Positions 23,495-35,741 of a stretch of DNA of 36,221 bases are shown in pieces. The stretch is from Octopus bimaculoides (Eukaryota), in assembly GCF_001194135.2 (NCBI RefSeq), contig NC_068991.1, forward strand, positions 52,269,388-52,305,608. The letters run 5' to 3'. A program made the position numbers and the translations under genes. The stretch's first letter is position 1, and the number at the start of each line of letters is the position of its first letter. Below the pieces are notes generated by a model. That model did no database searches, had not been told where the DNA came from, and worked only from the letters and a program-made list of their open reading frames with translations.

Positions 23495-24987
23495 CTGTAT
23501 AAGTGTGTTCATAGCAAAATAGGGGTAGGAGGAAGAGGGAAGAGAGAGACAGAGAGATTGAGTGAGAAGGTGATAGGGATATAGGTAAACGGGTAGCGAG
23601 GGAGAGAGAGGGGGGATATGTTATGTAAAGTGAGGCATGTAGCAGTGAATGTTATGAGCAGAGATCGACCGCATTAGCTGGGAGTCGGATTATTATAATC
23701 TGTTATATTCTGTAACAACTGTTTGGATTAATAACAATTATCTCCATACATCTCCCCTCTCTCCACCAGTTCTACTATTTATAAGTTTTCTCACTTCCTA
23801 TGTTTTTCATTCTCTTATTTCCTCTTTCACTATAACACTTCCCCCTCCATTCCTTTCCCAATTAATTAATTAATCAATTAATTATTCTATTTGATTGTTA
23901 CTTCCTCATAAGCCAATTTCCGTATTCACTTTCGCGTTAACCGTGTCCTAATGGTCTGCCCTGCAGCACTTTTCCACTCTTAGCACTATCTGAGCTTCAC
24001 CTAAATTATTATGTATCCTGAAGAACATTTCTCCAGACAAAAACTTGTGGCATCCTTTCAAAAATATGTTTTTATTCGCCTCGTCATTGGACTGAAAACA
24101 ACAAAAGAAATTTTGTCTGAAAATCGTATATATTTCAATTGAAACTGGATGGATTGTTCGTTAACTATTTAACGAATAGAAGAAAAAAATATGGTAATAT
24201 CGTATAACTATTGCGGTGTAAAGAACTTTACTGTTTGGTTTTAAAATGAATAATTGAATCACAATCATTAGAATGTCTTCCTAGATTGAACCAAATCACG
24301 AAGCGCTACCGCGAAATTACAATCATCTTCATCATCATTATTATAATCACCCTTAGTGTTATCATCACCATTTTACTCCATTCTCTTGACTACCCTTGTC
24401 CATTTATTATCTATATTTGTTGCAAAAGGCGAGTGTCGTCTGTTCTTTTAGATGTCTCCACTTCCGTAACAACCACTGTTGAATTATTCCACTCAATGGT
24501 CTTTGCACTCGATAAAGATATTCTTCTCTCCTCAAGAGAAAACATCACCGCTTAGTGATTCCCTGAAAATAGTTTTTACTCAAAACAGTCCTTTTGCTGA
24601 ATATATCAAAGTATTGTTTAAACCTCGAAGGCAGCACGACAGTCGTGTTAAAGAGACACACATACACTTATTTACATAAATATAAACATGCACAAACTCG
24701 CACATACACGTACACACACATACACATTCGCACACATTCACAAATACAAAAAGTACACATATATACAAATAGCAAGCAAACACAAAACACGCATGTATAT
24801 ATTCATGCTTTACCTTGTTGGTGTGATATAGGGATATATCTATACAAACACAATCCTTCATATGCCTCTGTCTAAATGTGTGTGTAAACATAAGTATCCG
24901 TTTCTAAGCATCACACACGCACGCACGCACACATGCACACACACACACACCTGTAGATAGTATCTGTGTGTGTGTGCGTGTGTCTGT

Positions 24988-25035
<48 letters not shown>

Positions 25036-25192
25036 GTATGTATGTATGCATTTATGCATATGCGTATGGCCAACAATGTCGCATCGTATTCTTAAGATTT
25101 TGCTTTTCGGTTCGATTCCGCTGATACTGTGCGAGAAAATCTGATTAACGACGTCAATTACCAGATTCTTGCAAATATGAATGTATGTATGT

Positions 25193-25575
25193 GGAGGCGC
25201 AATGGCCCAGTGGTTAGGGCAGCGGACTCGCGTTCATAGGATCGCCGTTTCGATTCCCAGACCGGGCGTTGTGAGTGTTTATTGAGCGAAAACACCTAAA
25301 GCTCCGCGAGGCTCTGGCAGGGGACGGTCGCGAACCCTGCTGTACACTTTCGCCACAACTTTCTCTCACTCTTACTTCCTGTTTCTGTTGTGCCTGTAAT
25401 TCAAAGGGTCAGCCTTCTCACACTGTGTCACGCTGAATATCCCCGAGAACTACGTTAAAGGTACACGTGTCTGTGGAGTGCTCAGCCACTTGCACGTTAA
25501 TTTTACGAGCAGGCTGTTCCGTTGATCGGATCAACTGGAACCCTCGACGTCGTAAGCGACGGAGTCACAACAACA
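25193..25575 (+). mobile_element. SINE family C, young full-length C1 copy with 16-bp TSD
   Basis: tRNA-like head GGAGGCGCAATGGCCCAGTGGTTAGG...TTCGATTCCC, (CAA)n tail; ATGAATGTATGTATGT at 25177-25192 and 25576-25591. Confidence 0.95.
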
Positions 25576-25743
25576 ATGAATGTATGTATGTACTACGTAT
25601 GTACGTATGTATGTATGCATACATGCTTATATATGCGGCGTTTGATTCTGCATTGTCTGAAGAAACGAGTAGTCGTAGTAACATCTAGGAAAGCAACAAT
25701 ACTAGTCATGTAAGAGTTTCTAATCCTTGAGTAAATTAATATG

Positions 25744-25877
25744 TGGAGGCGCGTGGCTTAGTAGTTAGGGTGTTGGACTTATGATCGTAAAATTGTGATT
25801 TCGATTCTCGGACCAAGCGACGCGTTGTGTTCATGAGGAAAACACTTTATTTCACGTAGCTCCAGTCCACTCACTGG
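25744..25877 (+). mobile_element. SINE family C (C2) head only
   Basis: GGAGGCGCGTGGCTTAGTAGTTAGG...GCTCCAGTCCACTC, matches the reverse of 5640-5770. Confidence 0.85.
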
Positions 25878-25937
25878 TCTTTTCCTCACCAAATGTTTCG
25901 TTCGTATAAGCGAGCAGTTTCAGCTGCTTTACGTCCT

Positions 25938-26009
25938 TTTACGTAACGCTGATGAGCCTGCAGATATTTACTTATGTAAATTTTAACAGGTGAAACCATG
26001 GTACGTAAA
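25938..26009 (+). ncRNA. Minimal type I hammerhead ribozyme candidate (Penelope/retrozyme-type)
   Basis: CTGATGA at 25949-55; stem II GCCTG/CAGGT with inner ATTTAC/GTAAAT; GAAA at 25992-95; stem III AC-CATG-GT (palindrome ACCATGGT); GUA cleavage triplet at 26001-03; stem I ACG/CGT plus TTT/AAA. Confidence 0.75.
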
Positions 26010-26380
26010 TTAATCGTTTTTTATTTTAGTATTTTTTCATTTGTCTTACTCGTTTACAGTCTGTTGTGTCGCTGATTTTTCTACTGAGAACATACTTTTT
26101 CGTGGTTAGATGATTCGGCATCTATTTCTAGCATTCAGGAATCCACATTTGCTGGTCATTCCTCTTATTCTTGTATGTAATATGATTTTAATCTTCGGAT
26201 TTTTTTAATATGCTAGACCACTGGTTTTAATCGATCAATATCAATTTCTACCCTCATTAATAAATTTTATATATATATATATATATATGTATGTATATGT
26301 ATGCACACACACATGTATACATATATATATATATACATACATGCATATACATATATGTGTGTGTATTCATGTATGTCTGT

Positions 26381-26420
<40 letters not shown>

Positions 26421-27149
26421 AAAATTTAATGGGAGACTCAAGAGTCGAAAGTTCCTAAGTGTTTTACTCCAATATTCAGGCATAGTGCAGATGACCTATT
26501 GTATCACCTGACTATTTTCCCACAATCTATTCATCCGAATGTTGTGACTAGTACATACCGAATGTTTGAGGTGCTAAGTGAGTGCTGACTAATTGGTGGG
26601 TTTTGGGTGCAGATATGAATCAGAAGAGGAGGACAGATTTAGAAAACCAGTTAACAGGAACAATTTGACCTGTCACCACTAATTATGATGATGTAATCAT
26701 TTGGTTCTGTATGAAATGATAGAAACATACCTATCAAGTATATACTCAAGTTTGTATCAAGTACGTCTATGTATACATTCTCGCATTCATAGTGTATTAT
26801 CCACGCATGGTAAGCCAGCCCACTACACGGAAACAATTTACACTATGTACTTCTTATCTCATTACCTATTTGAACTTTCAAATAATTAGGATACAGGTGC
26901 GACAACTGACTTTTTTTAATAATATTATTTTGACTTAGGTTCATATTTGAAAGCTGAACGAAGGCTTCCTAAGTTTTATTGTCCCTATAAAGATAGCGGA
27001 ACTAATCTCCAAGAGTGCAAATAGTGTTCAGAATTGCTGATTGAACATAACCCATATTATAATCATCAGAGTCATTAGATATATGAACTACGGGCTTCCG
27101 CATAATTTCTTCTATATCATATTCACTCACAAGATATTGACCTTGCTTG

Positions 27150-27335
27150 CGTCACTGGTGCCAAGCTATATCGGCCTCTGGCTTTCCTTTAGACAATATC
27201 GGTGGCGTGGAGAGGGGTGGCTGGTATGCAGGGGTAACTGCTGATCTTCCATAAACAACTTTGCCCGGATTTTTGCCATGAAGGGGAATTTTTCTAAGTG
27301 CAATTCCATGATCATTCATGACCGAAGGGGGTTTT
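27150..27335. repeat. Probable SINE-like interspersed repeat fragment
   Basis: GC-richer island in AT-rich context; single copy in the window, so support is only recollection of similar octopus repeats. Confidence 0.3.
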
Positions 27336-27734
27336 ATCCTTAGTTGCCCATGAGAAACCTAAAACTTTCCTGTTAATATTAAAGTATTTATCGGTTGTAA
27401 ATGAAACAATCAAACATAACACAACGTACATTTGAATATCAACACAAGTTATGCCGATCAGAAGATATTTGAATATGGCGCCTTAATAACTTTAATCAGC
27501 TTCGTTGGGAATTTATTTAGCGACTTGTGAACAAGAGAACTAGTAGGATTTGAGATCTTTCCCTTTTTAAAAAAAATATGTTGATGTATCCCTCTTTCAT
27601 TCAATTACAGGAGTACGTCCTCATAAATGAAACATCTCTCGTACTAAATAGGGAATACACATAGAAAGTAGTGATACTCCTATACCCACAATATATACAT
27701 ACACAAGCAGATTCGTTACTAGACTGTTATGTAG

Positions 27735-27785
<51 letters not shown>

Positions 27786-28000
27786 CAAATGGATATGTAG
27801 GTAAACAGATAGGTAAGTAGATAAGATAGGTGCATAGGTAATTTGGACAGACAGGCATACACGCACATACATACACAAAAGGAGACGGAAACACATGTCC
27901 ATATACACACATGCACACTACACACACACATACAAACACACACAGTGCACACACAAACATATGAATATGCAGAATACATACATACAAATGTACACACATG

Positions 28001-28054
<54 letters not shown>

Positions 28055-28271
28055 CCTGCACACACACACACATACATACATACAAACATACATACATAAA
28101 TACATACATACATATGTGTATACACATGCACGCTGACGCACGCACATGCGCACAAACAAACAAACAAAAAGAACACAACTCCGGTAACGGACTGAGTCAA
28201 AAACTATAGAAACAACGAAAATTTTAAGAAATAAATAAATAGATAAATAAATAAATGGAAATCGAACCAGT

Positions 28272-28487
28272 GGGTATACTCTTTTACTCTTTTACTTGTT
28301 TCAGTCATTTGACTGCGGCCATGCTGGAGCACCTCCTTTAGTCGAGCAAATCGACCCTAGGACTTATTCTTTCTAAGCCTAGTACTTATTCATTCGGTCT
28401 CTTTTGCCGAACCGCTAAGTTATGGGGACGTAAACACACCAGCATCGGTTGTCAAGCGATGTTGGGGGGACAAACACAGACACACAA

Positions 28488-28534
<47 letters not shown>

Positions 28535-28695
28535 CATACGACGGGCCTCTTTCAGTTTCCATCTACCAAATCCACTCACAAGGCTTTGGTCGGCCCGAGG
28601 CTATAGCAGAAGACACTTGCCCAAGGTGCCACGCAGTGGGACTGAACCCGGAACCATGTGGTTGGTAAGCAAGATACTTACCACACAGCCACTCC
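28272..28695 (-). mobile_element. SINE family B, young near full-length copy
   Basis: Minus strand: GGAGTGGCTGTGTGGTAAG...GGTTCAGTCCC, CACCTTGGGCAAGTGTCTT block, internal (TA)(TG) tract, (GAGTAAAA)n tail. Confidence 0.95.
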
Positions 28696-28790
28696 AAGAC
28701 ACTCGGCGAAGGTGTCACGCGCTGGGATTGAAACCGGAATCATGCGTTTACGAAGCAAACTCCTTATCGCACAACCACGCCTGTGCCTAC
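28696..28790 (-). mobile_element. Older SINE family B head abutting the young copy
   Basis: AAGACACTCGGCGAAGGTGTCACGC...ACAACCACGCCTGTGCC parallels 28610-28695. Confidence 0.8.
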
Positions 28791-28919
28791 ATAGACGCTG
28801 TCGGGATTTTTGTTGTTGTTATTGTTGTTGGTGATGATATTACGAATGGCGGCAATGATGACTGCTATTATATGATGAGGCGGAGTGTGAGTTACAAGGA
28901 TTGTTATGATGGGTTTATA

Positions 28920-29065
28920 CTGCTGCTGGTGGTGGTGGTGGCGATGCTGGTGCTTGTGGTGGTACTGATGCTGGTGGCAGTTCTGGCAGTAGTGGTGGTG
29001 GTGGTGGTGGTGGTGGTGGTGGTGCTAATTACAGTCCTTCTGGTAAAGGTGCATTGTGGTGGTGG
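28920..29065. repeat. Degenerate (GGT)n/(GCT)n trinucleotide field
   Basis: Direct. Confidence 0.9.
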
Positions 29066-29824
29066 GAGTGTCGTTCGTGACNNNNNNNNNNNNNNNNNNN
29101 NNNNNNNNNNNNNNNNNNNNNNNNNNNNNNNNNNNNNNNNNNNNNNNNNNNNNNNNNNNNNNNNNNNNNNNNNNNNNNNNNNNNNNNNNNNNNNNNNNNN
29201 NNNNNNNNNNNNNNNNNNNNNNNNNNNNNNNNNNNNNNNNNNNNNNNNNNNNNNNNNNNNNNNNNNNNNNNNNNNNNNNNNNNNNNNNNNNNNNNNNNNN
29301 NNNNNNNNNNNNNNNNNNNNNNNNNNNNNNNNNNNNNNNNNNNNNNNNNNNNNNNNNNNNNNNNNNNNNNNNNNNNNNNNNNNNNNNNNNNNNNNNNNNN
29401 NNNNNNNNNNNNNNNNNNNNNNNNNNNNNNNNNNNNNNNNNNNNNNNNNNNNNNNNNNNNNNNNNNNNNNNNNNNNNNNNNNNNNNNNNNNNNNNNNNNN
29501 NNNNNNNNNNNNNNNNNNNNNNNNNNNNNNNNNNNNNNNNNNNNNNNNNNNNNNNNNNNNNNNNNNNNNNNNNNNNNNNNNNNNNNNNNNNNNNNNNNNN
29601 NNNNNNNNNNNNNNNNNNNNNNNNNNNNNNNNNNNNNNNNNNNNNNNNNNNNNNNNNNNNNNNNNNNNNNNNNNNNNNNNNNNNNNNNNNNNNNNNNNNN
29701 NNNNNNNNNNNNNNNNNNNNNNNNNNNNNNNNNNNNNNNNNNNNNNNNNNNNNNNNNNNNNNNNNNNNNNNNNNNNNNNNNNNNNNNNNNNNNNNNNNNN
29801 NNNNNNNNNNNNNNNNNNNNNNNN

Positions 29825-29890
<66 letters not shown>

Positions 29891-32019
29891 AAACACACAC
29901 TCGCGCGCGCACATACATACATACATACATACATAAGGCAGTGTTTGAGGGGGTAAGACTCAGAAAGAAAGGAAGATAGAAAGAGAAAAGGTACAAGTGA
30001 TAGGTAGGTAGAATTGAGTAAAGTATAAACTATAGAGAAAGTGATAGAGTGTCAGATATAAAGAGAGGAGGGGAGAGGGAGAGAGAGAGAAAGAAACAGA
30101 AGAGAAGGGAAAGCGAAGAGAAATAATCAAACAATATGGGAGAGAAAAGGGGAGAGGGGAGTTAGGATTGTTTTGTTTTTGGCATTTTGTTTCTGTTTTT
30201 TTGTTTTGTTTTGTTTTTTTCTTGTTTTCTTTTTGTGTGTGAGGTGACCTTCGAAATGAGTGTCAGTTGTGTATTTTTCCCTTTTAAATGGTTAAGAAAC
30301 AGTTTTATGTCAGTGGGAGAGTTTGTCATTGTAATGCCTGCAGAGACAAAGTGACAATGATTCCAGTCATGTAATCTGACTTGGAGCAGCAGCTTCGAGA
30401 AGAAACGTATTATCAAGTCGCTTTCTAAACAGTGCAATTGCCTTTGATGTCTGTGCAAATCGGATGTTTTATTTGTTTAGTGAGTAATTCAGTTTTGAGG
30501 TCGAGTTCAGATCAAAGGCAACTCACTCACTAGATGCTTAGTCTGAATGGCTTGTTCCGTCGACTGATATTACGGTGACGGATGATAATACACAAGGAAA
30601 AAATACATAAATAAACGAAATGTCAGTCAAAGTTGAAATTATTCTCTGCTTAACCAATGATTGTCGTAAATAAAAGTTTTATTATCTTTACTTTATAATG
30701 ATTATATTTTAGCTTCCCTTGTTGTGTTTTGATAATATTTGTTTGTATGTTTGTTCGTTGGTTGTTGTTATTGTTATTGCTGTTGTTTTACAGAAAAATC
30801 TAGTACTGGCGGATATTAAAACATTTTTAATCACAAAGACTTTAAAGTATGTTCAAAGAAACCATTTGTTAATTTTTACTTGCAAAACTCTCCTCCCGTC
30901 TTAAAACAGTCTTTATTTATGATGAGGGCAGGGAATGGAATACTATTTAGATGGGATATTGTTAATACACGGTTGGAAGATAGGTTATTTTTCCTGTCGT
31001 TAATCGCCATATTTGTTTCTCTTTAGAAGCTGTCACGGCTTTTAACGTCAACTATGGAATCGTTTCGTTTAACTTGGAGTTATTATATGTCATTTTAGTT
31101 GTGTATTTCTTTTAAAGACCGCACAGTTTTTTTTTAATCTATTCCGATAAATATTTTGCAGATGATTATCTATGTTATAGACCAAACTATCTCTTATTCC
31201 AGTTCCATTTATATATTATTGAAATCGGATTCAATAATATTTTTGATTGTTTTAATTTTTGTTTGTCTTTTACTGCAATGACTGGTTTGTTCCGGCTGTC
31301 TCCAGGGGAACGGCATCAATTTAATAACATAAAACCATCAATCATCTAGATGGTTTTCCAATATTCTATTTTCGTCGAAGTTATTGGCAATATCACAAAG
31401 CAATTCAGCAAACAAGGACAATTGGTAAAATAACAATTCTAGTGAATCAGGATTGACCAAATTCATCCAACAACGTTGTTGCTATAATGCTAAGATTATC
31501 TTGTAATAGCTTAGAGTTTTTTTCCAGTTCCTTTAAAGCAAATATTTTATACAACGGCAACAAACAGCAGAACCATATTTATAATTGAATATCTGATAAG
31601 TTACTTTTGTCAAAAAAAAAAAAAGAAAGAAAGAAAAGAAATCATATGATGCGTAACTAGTCGACCATGGTGAACGGAAACATCAGACAAACACACAACC
31701 ATGTGTGTGTGTGTGTACATATGCATACATATACTGCGTTTATATCATACATATACNNNNNNNNNNNNNNNNNNNNNNNNNNNNNNNNNNNNNNNNNNNN
31801 NNNNNNNNNNNNNNNNNNNNNNNNNNATGTGTGTGTGTGTGTGTGTGTGTACACACACACACATATAAATATATGTACATATATATATCGCAATTTCTCA
31901 TATATATTATATATATATAGATATATACGTGTGCGTGTTCGCGTATATATATATATATATATATATGAAAAATTACGATAAACTCAAGTTTATATTAGTT
32001 GTTCCTATGCACGTTACAC

Positions 32020-32190
32020 TATTCTTTTCTACTCTAGGCACAAGTCTCGAAATTTTGGGGGAGGGGGACCAGTTGATTAGATCGACTCCAGTACGCAACT
32101 AGTACTTAATTTATCGACCCCGAAAGGAAGAAAGGCAAAGTCGACCTCAGCGGAATTTGAACTCAGAACGTAAAGACAGATGAAACACAC
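32020..32190 (-). mobile_element. SINE family A (third tail variant), 5'-truncated
   Basis: Body near-identical to 9230-9292; tail TTCTACTCTAGGCACAAG. Confidence 0.92.
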
Positions 32191-32656
32191 ATTTGTCTAA
32201 TCCTGAGGCTGCTCGGATTCTTAAATTACAACTTCACTTCCTAATCAGAGTAAAATAGTCCAGCAGTGCTATACGAAATACAGAGCTCATTCTTGCGACA
32301 AAATTACTCGGTTGTCTCCAGCTTGAAGATATTAACTTATAAGTTCATAATTATTCTACTTGTTTAGGGTGTATAATTATTGCTTCATTATATACGCTTG
32401 TTTGCACGATATGCATTTTAGCATCGGCTTGTTGCCGCTTCTTTGAAACAGGTGTGAAGATCTATCTTCATTTTGTAATTTGAATATATATATTTAACAT
32501 TTCATATGAATATATTATTGCCTTCTATAATTGTTTATCTATCTTTTGTGTTTTTTATATATGTCTGTGTCTGAGTGCACGTGTATATATGATATATGTG
32601 TGGGCATATATATGTGTATATGTATATATGTAGGTATGTGAATATATGTGTATATA

Positions 32657-32743
<87 letters not shown>

Positions 32744-32795
32744 TTGTGTGTGTGTGTATGTACATATATTTACACACACACACACACACATAAAT

Positions 32796-32958
32796 AGGCG
32801 CAGGAGTGGCTGTGTAGTACGTAGCTCGCTTACCAACCACATGGTTCTGGTTCAGTCTCACTGCGTGGCACCTTGGGCAAGTACTTACTACTATAGCCTC
32901 GGGCCGACCAAAGCCTTGTGACTGGATTTAGTAGATTGAAACTGAAAGAAGCTTGTTG

Positions 32959-33006
<48 letters not shown>

Positions 33007-33193
33007 CGTGTGGTGTGTGTGTTTGCGTGTGTGTATGTTTGTGTGTCTGTGTTTGTTCCCCCAACATCACTTGACAACCGATGTTGGTGTGTTTATGTCA
33101 CCGTAACTTAGCTGATCGGCAAAAGAGCCCGATAGAATAAGTACTAGGCTTACAAAGAATAGGTCCTAGTGTCGATTTCTTTGACTAAAGGTG
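32796..33193 (+). mobile_element. SINE family B, 3'-truncated, followed by another B-like head fragment (~33200-33230)
   Basis: Reverse-collinear with 28330-28695. Confidence 0.92.
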
Positions 33194-33593
33194 ATACGCA
33201 GCAGATGTGGTTGTGTGGTAAGAAGCTTTGCATTTAGGCTTTAATTGCTAAATGTGTGTGTGTATATATTTAGCTAGGGAGTTTCTATTCCTTAGAAAAA
33301 AAGCCCAAAAAACTTAATTTTAGTACGGTATCATTTCAGCAGTGTTTATAGTCGTGTGTGCTGAATAACAACCATATGTCCTTCACTCTCTAATGCTGAA
33401 AAAAGGCAAATATTTCGTACAGAACTTTAAAAATATATTCTAGCCCTATTTTTAGATTCATATGTAAAATGTCAATGTGTACGTCACTTTAAGATACGTG
33501 TTATATATTGGACTTAAATTTGCAACGAAAGATGAGCTGGAATGAACTTTGAGACCGAACACACCACGCGATTTATGCAACTTAACTTGAAAA

Positions 33594-33765
33594 CAGTTCT
33601 ATATTTAAGAGATGAGGAATTCTGTACATTTCATTTCATTTCATTTCAAAGTTTCAGCTCAGAGCTGCGGCCATGCTGATGCACCACCGTGGATTATTTA
33701 CATTTGACGGATATTTGTCCTCATCTTGTTTGTTGTCAACACAACGTTTCGGCTGATATACCCTC
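33594..33765 (-). mobile_element. Retroelement fragment (family E, Penelope-LTR-like) interrupted by a family B tail at 33629-33692
   Basis: Minus strand reads GAGGGTATATCAGCC-GAAAC-GTTG...; the insert carries (TTTCA)n and GCTGCGGCCATGCTG. Family assignment is from recollection. Confidence 0.45.
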
Positions 33766-33809
33766 AAATGTAAATAATGTAAATAATGAAAGATGAACTA
33801 TATCTGACC

Positions 33810-33947
33810 AATATTGGTTTCAGATTTTAGCACAAAACCAGTAATTTCGGGTGTAGAGAGAAAGTCGATTACATCGATCTCAGTGGGAAACTGATACTTA
33901 TTTTATGGACACCGAAAGGATGAAAGGCAAGTGCATCTCGGCGGTAT
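33810..33947 (-). mobile_element. SINE family A, diverged, cut by gap
   Basis: GTCGATTACATCGA...CCGAAAGGATGAAAGGCAA. Confidence 0.85.
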
Positions 33948-34356
33948 NNNNNNNNNNNNNNNNNNNNNNNNNNNNNNNNNNNNNNNNNNNNNNNNNNNNN
34001 NNNNNNNNNNNNNNNNNNNNNNNNNNNNNNNNNNNNNNNNNNNNNNNNNNNNNNNNNNNNNNNNNNNNNNNNNNNNNNNNNNNNNNNNNNNNNNNNNNNN
34101 NNNNNNNNNNNNNNNNNNNNNNNNNNNNNNNNNNNNNNNNNNNNNNNNNNNNNNNNNNNNNNNNNNNNNNNNNNNNNNNNNNNNNNNNNNNNNNNNNNNN
34201 NNNNNNNNNNNNNNNNNNNNNNNNNNNNNNNNNNNNNNNNNNNNNNNNNNNNNNNNNNNNNNNNNNNNNNNNNNNNNNNNNNNNNNNNNNNNNNNNNNNN
34301 NNNNNNNNNNNNNNNNNNNNNNNNNNNNNNNNNNNNNNNNNNNNNNNNNNNNNNNN

Positions 34357-34539
34357 CACCGCCTTGAAGAACTTTTAATCGAATCAATCAACCCTAGTAC
34401 TTAGTTTTCTTTTTTTAAGCCTGGTACTTATTCTGTCGGTCGCTTTTTGCCGAACCGCTAATTTACGGAAGTGTAAACAAACCAGCATCGGCTGTCAAGT
34501 GGTGGTGGTGGAGGGCACAAACACAGAGACACGCGCGTG

Positions 34540-34591
<52 letters not shown>

Positions 34592-34750
34592 CACATCCGA
34601 CAGGCTGCCAGTTTCCATCTACCAAATCCACTCACAAGGCTTTGGTGTGCCTGAGTCTATTGTAGAAGACGCTTGCCCAAGGTCCCACGCAACGGGACTC
34701 AACCCGGAGCCAGCTTGTTGGGAAGCAAGCTTCTTACCACTCAGTTACTG
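34357..34750 (-). mobile_element. SINE family B, diverged
   Basis: Collinear with 28330-28695, with an internal (CA)n tract. Confidence 0.88.
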
Positions 34751-35741
34751 CGGTATTTGTCCTGATATAACACCTCTTATTTGTAGTGTTTAAAAAATAT
34801 ATACATAAATATCAGAGACGAAAATTCACCCATCACCGGCCAGCGAGAGCACCAGATGTATTTCGGCCTTTCAATGGCGCATACTCGCAGCCAGTCACAT
34901 GTTCGGACGAGAAATCGTTGTCTCTGACATTTATTGTGTTTTGAACACAGTAATTCTATAAGAGATGCTATCTCAGGCAAAATACCGAAGTAACTGGCCT
35001 ATCGACAGTGTATATACATTAAGAACCAAATGTAGATTTTATGTCGACAATATCAGAAGCAAGTGCAATGAAAGTCTTTAAGTCTTTGGAGGTTTCAACA
35101 ATATTCATTACATTTGTTGAAAGGTTATTGTTTTCCGAGTGCCGCCAGCTGCAGTTTCACTAATAAAGCTGTTTAATAGATAATCGAAGAAAGCAATCAT
35201 TGATTCAAAGTGAAAAATATATTTTTGCATTCCGGATATTATGAGGTTGACACGCATCGTTGGTGATTCATCGAGTTATATAGCAGCAGTAGTAGTGATG
35301 GTGAAGTAGTAGTAGTAGTAGTAGTAGTAGTTGTTAATACTGTGATTATGGAACAGTGATATAAGACTGCCAAAATTCGTTTGATATGACGTAAATGCTG
35401 TAGGCGCCATTTGATTGGTTAGTTTTGTTATATCCGAGAGATAAAACATGTAGGATGGGACATAAAACTTTTGGGAAGAAATGATGTTTAATAATATTTT
35501 CCCAGACATTTTTCTATTGATATCTATAGAGTCTGACAGATAGATATTTGATGTTTGATTTATGGTTTTCTTTGTGATTTCATCTCTCTAGGCCTTGTTG
35601 TTAGGAGCCACACATAAAACGAAGAGAATAATAGAAGATGGAACCAATCGAGACAAAGCTTACGTAACAGAAAGCAAAATCAAACTAACTTCCTATTAAT
35701 CTTCAAACTAAGGCTAAATGTATATGTTTAAAACAAAATTG

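Noticed and set aside
25193-25270. tRNA genes at SINE heads
   Set aside because: A/B boxes are present but each continues into a SINE body shared by several copies; no full cloverleaf.
28449-29936. 495-aa ORF with a poly-Val hydrophobic segment
   Set aside because: Built from SINE sequence, a (GGT)n repeat and an N gap.
32422-32451. 30-nt micro-exon HRLVAASLKQ
   Set aside because: Splice signals of this quality arise by chance in 30 kb; no other support.
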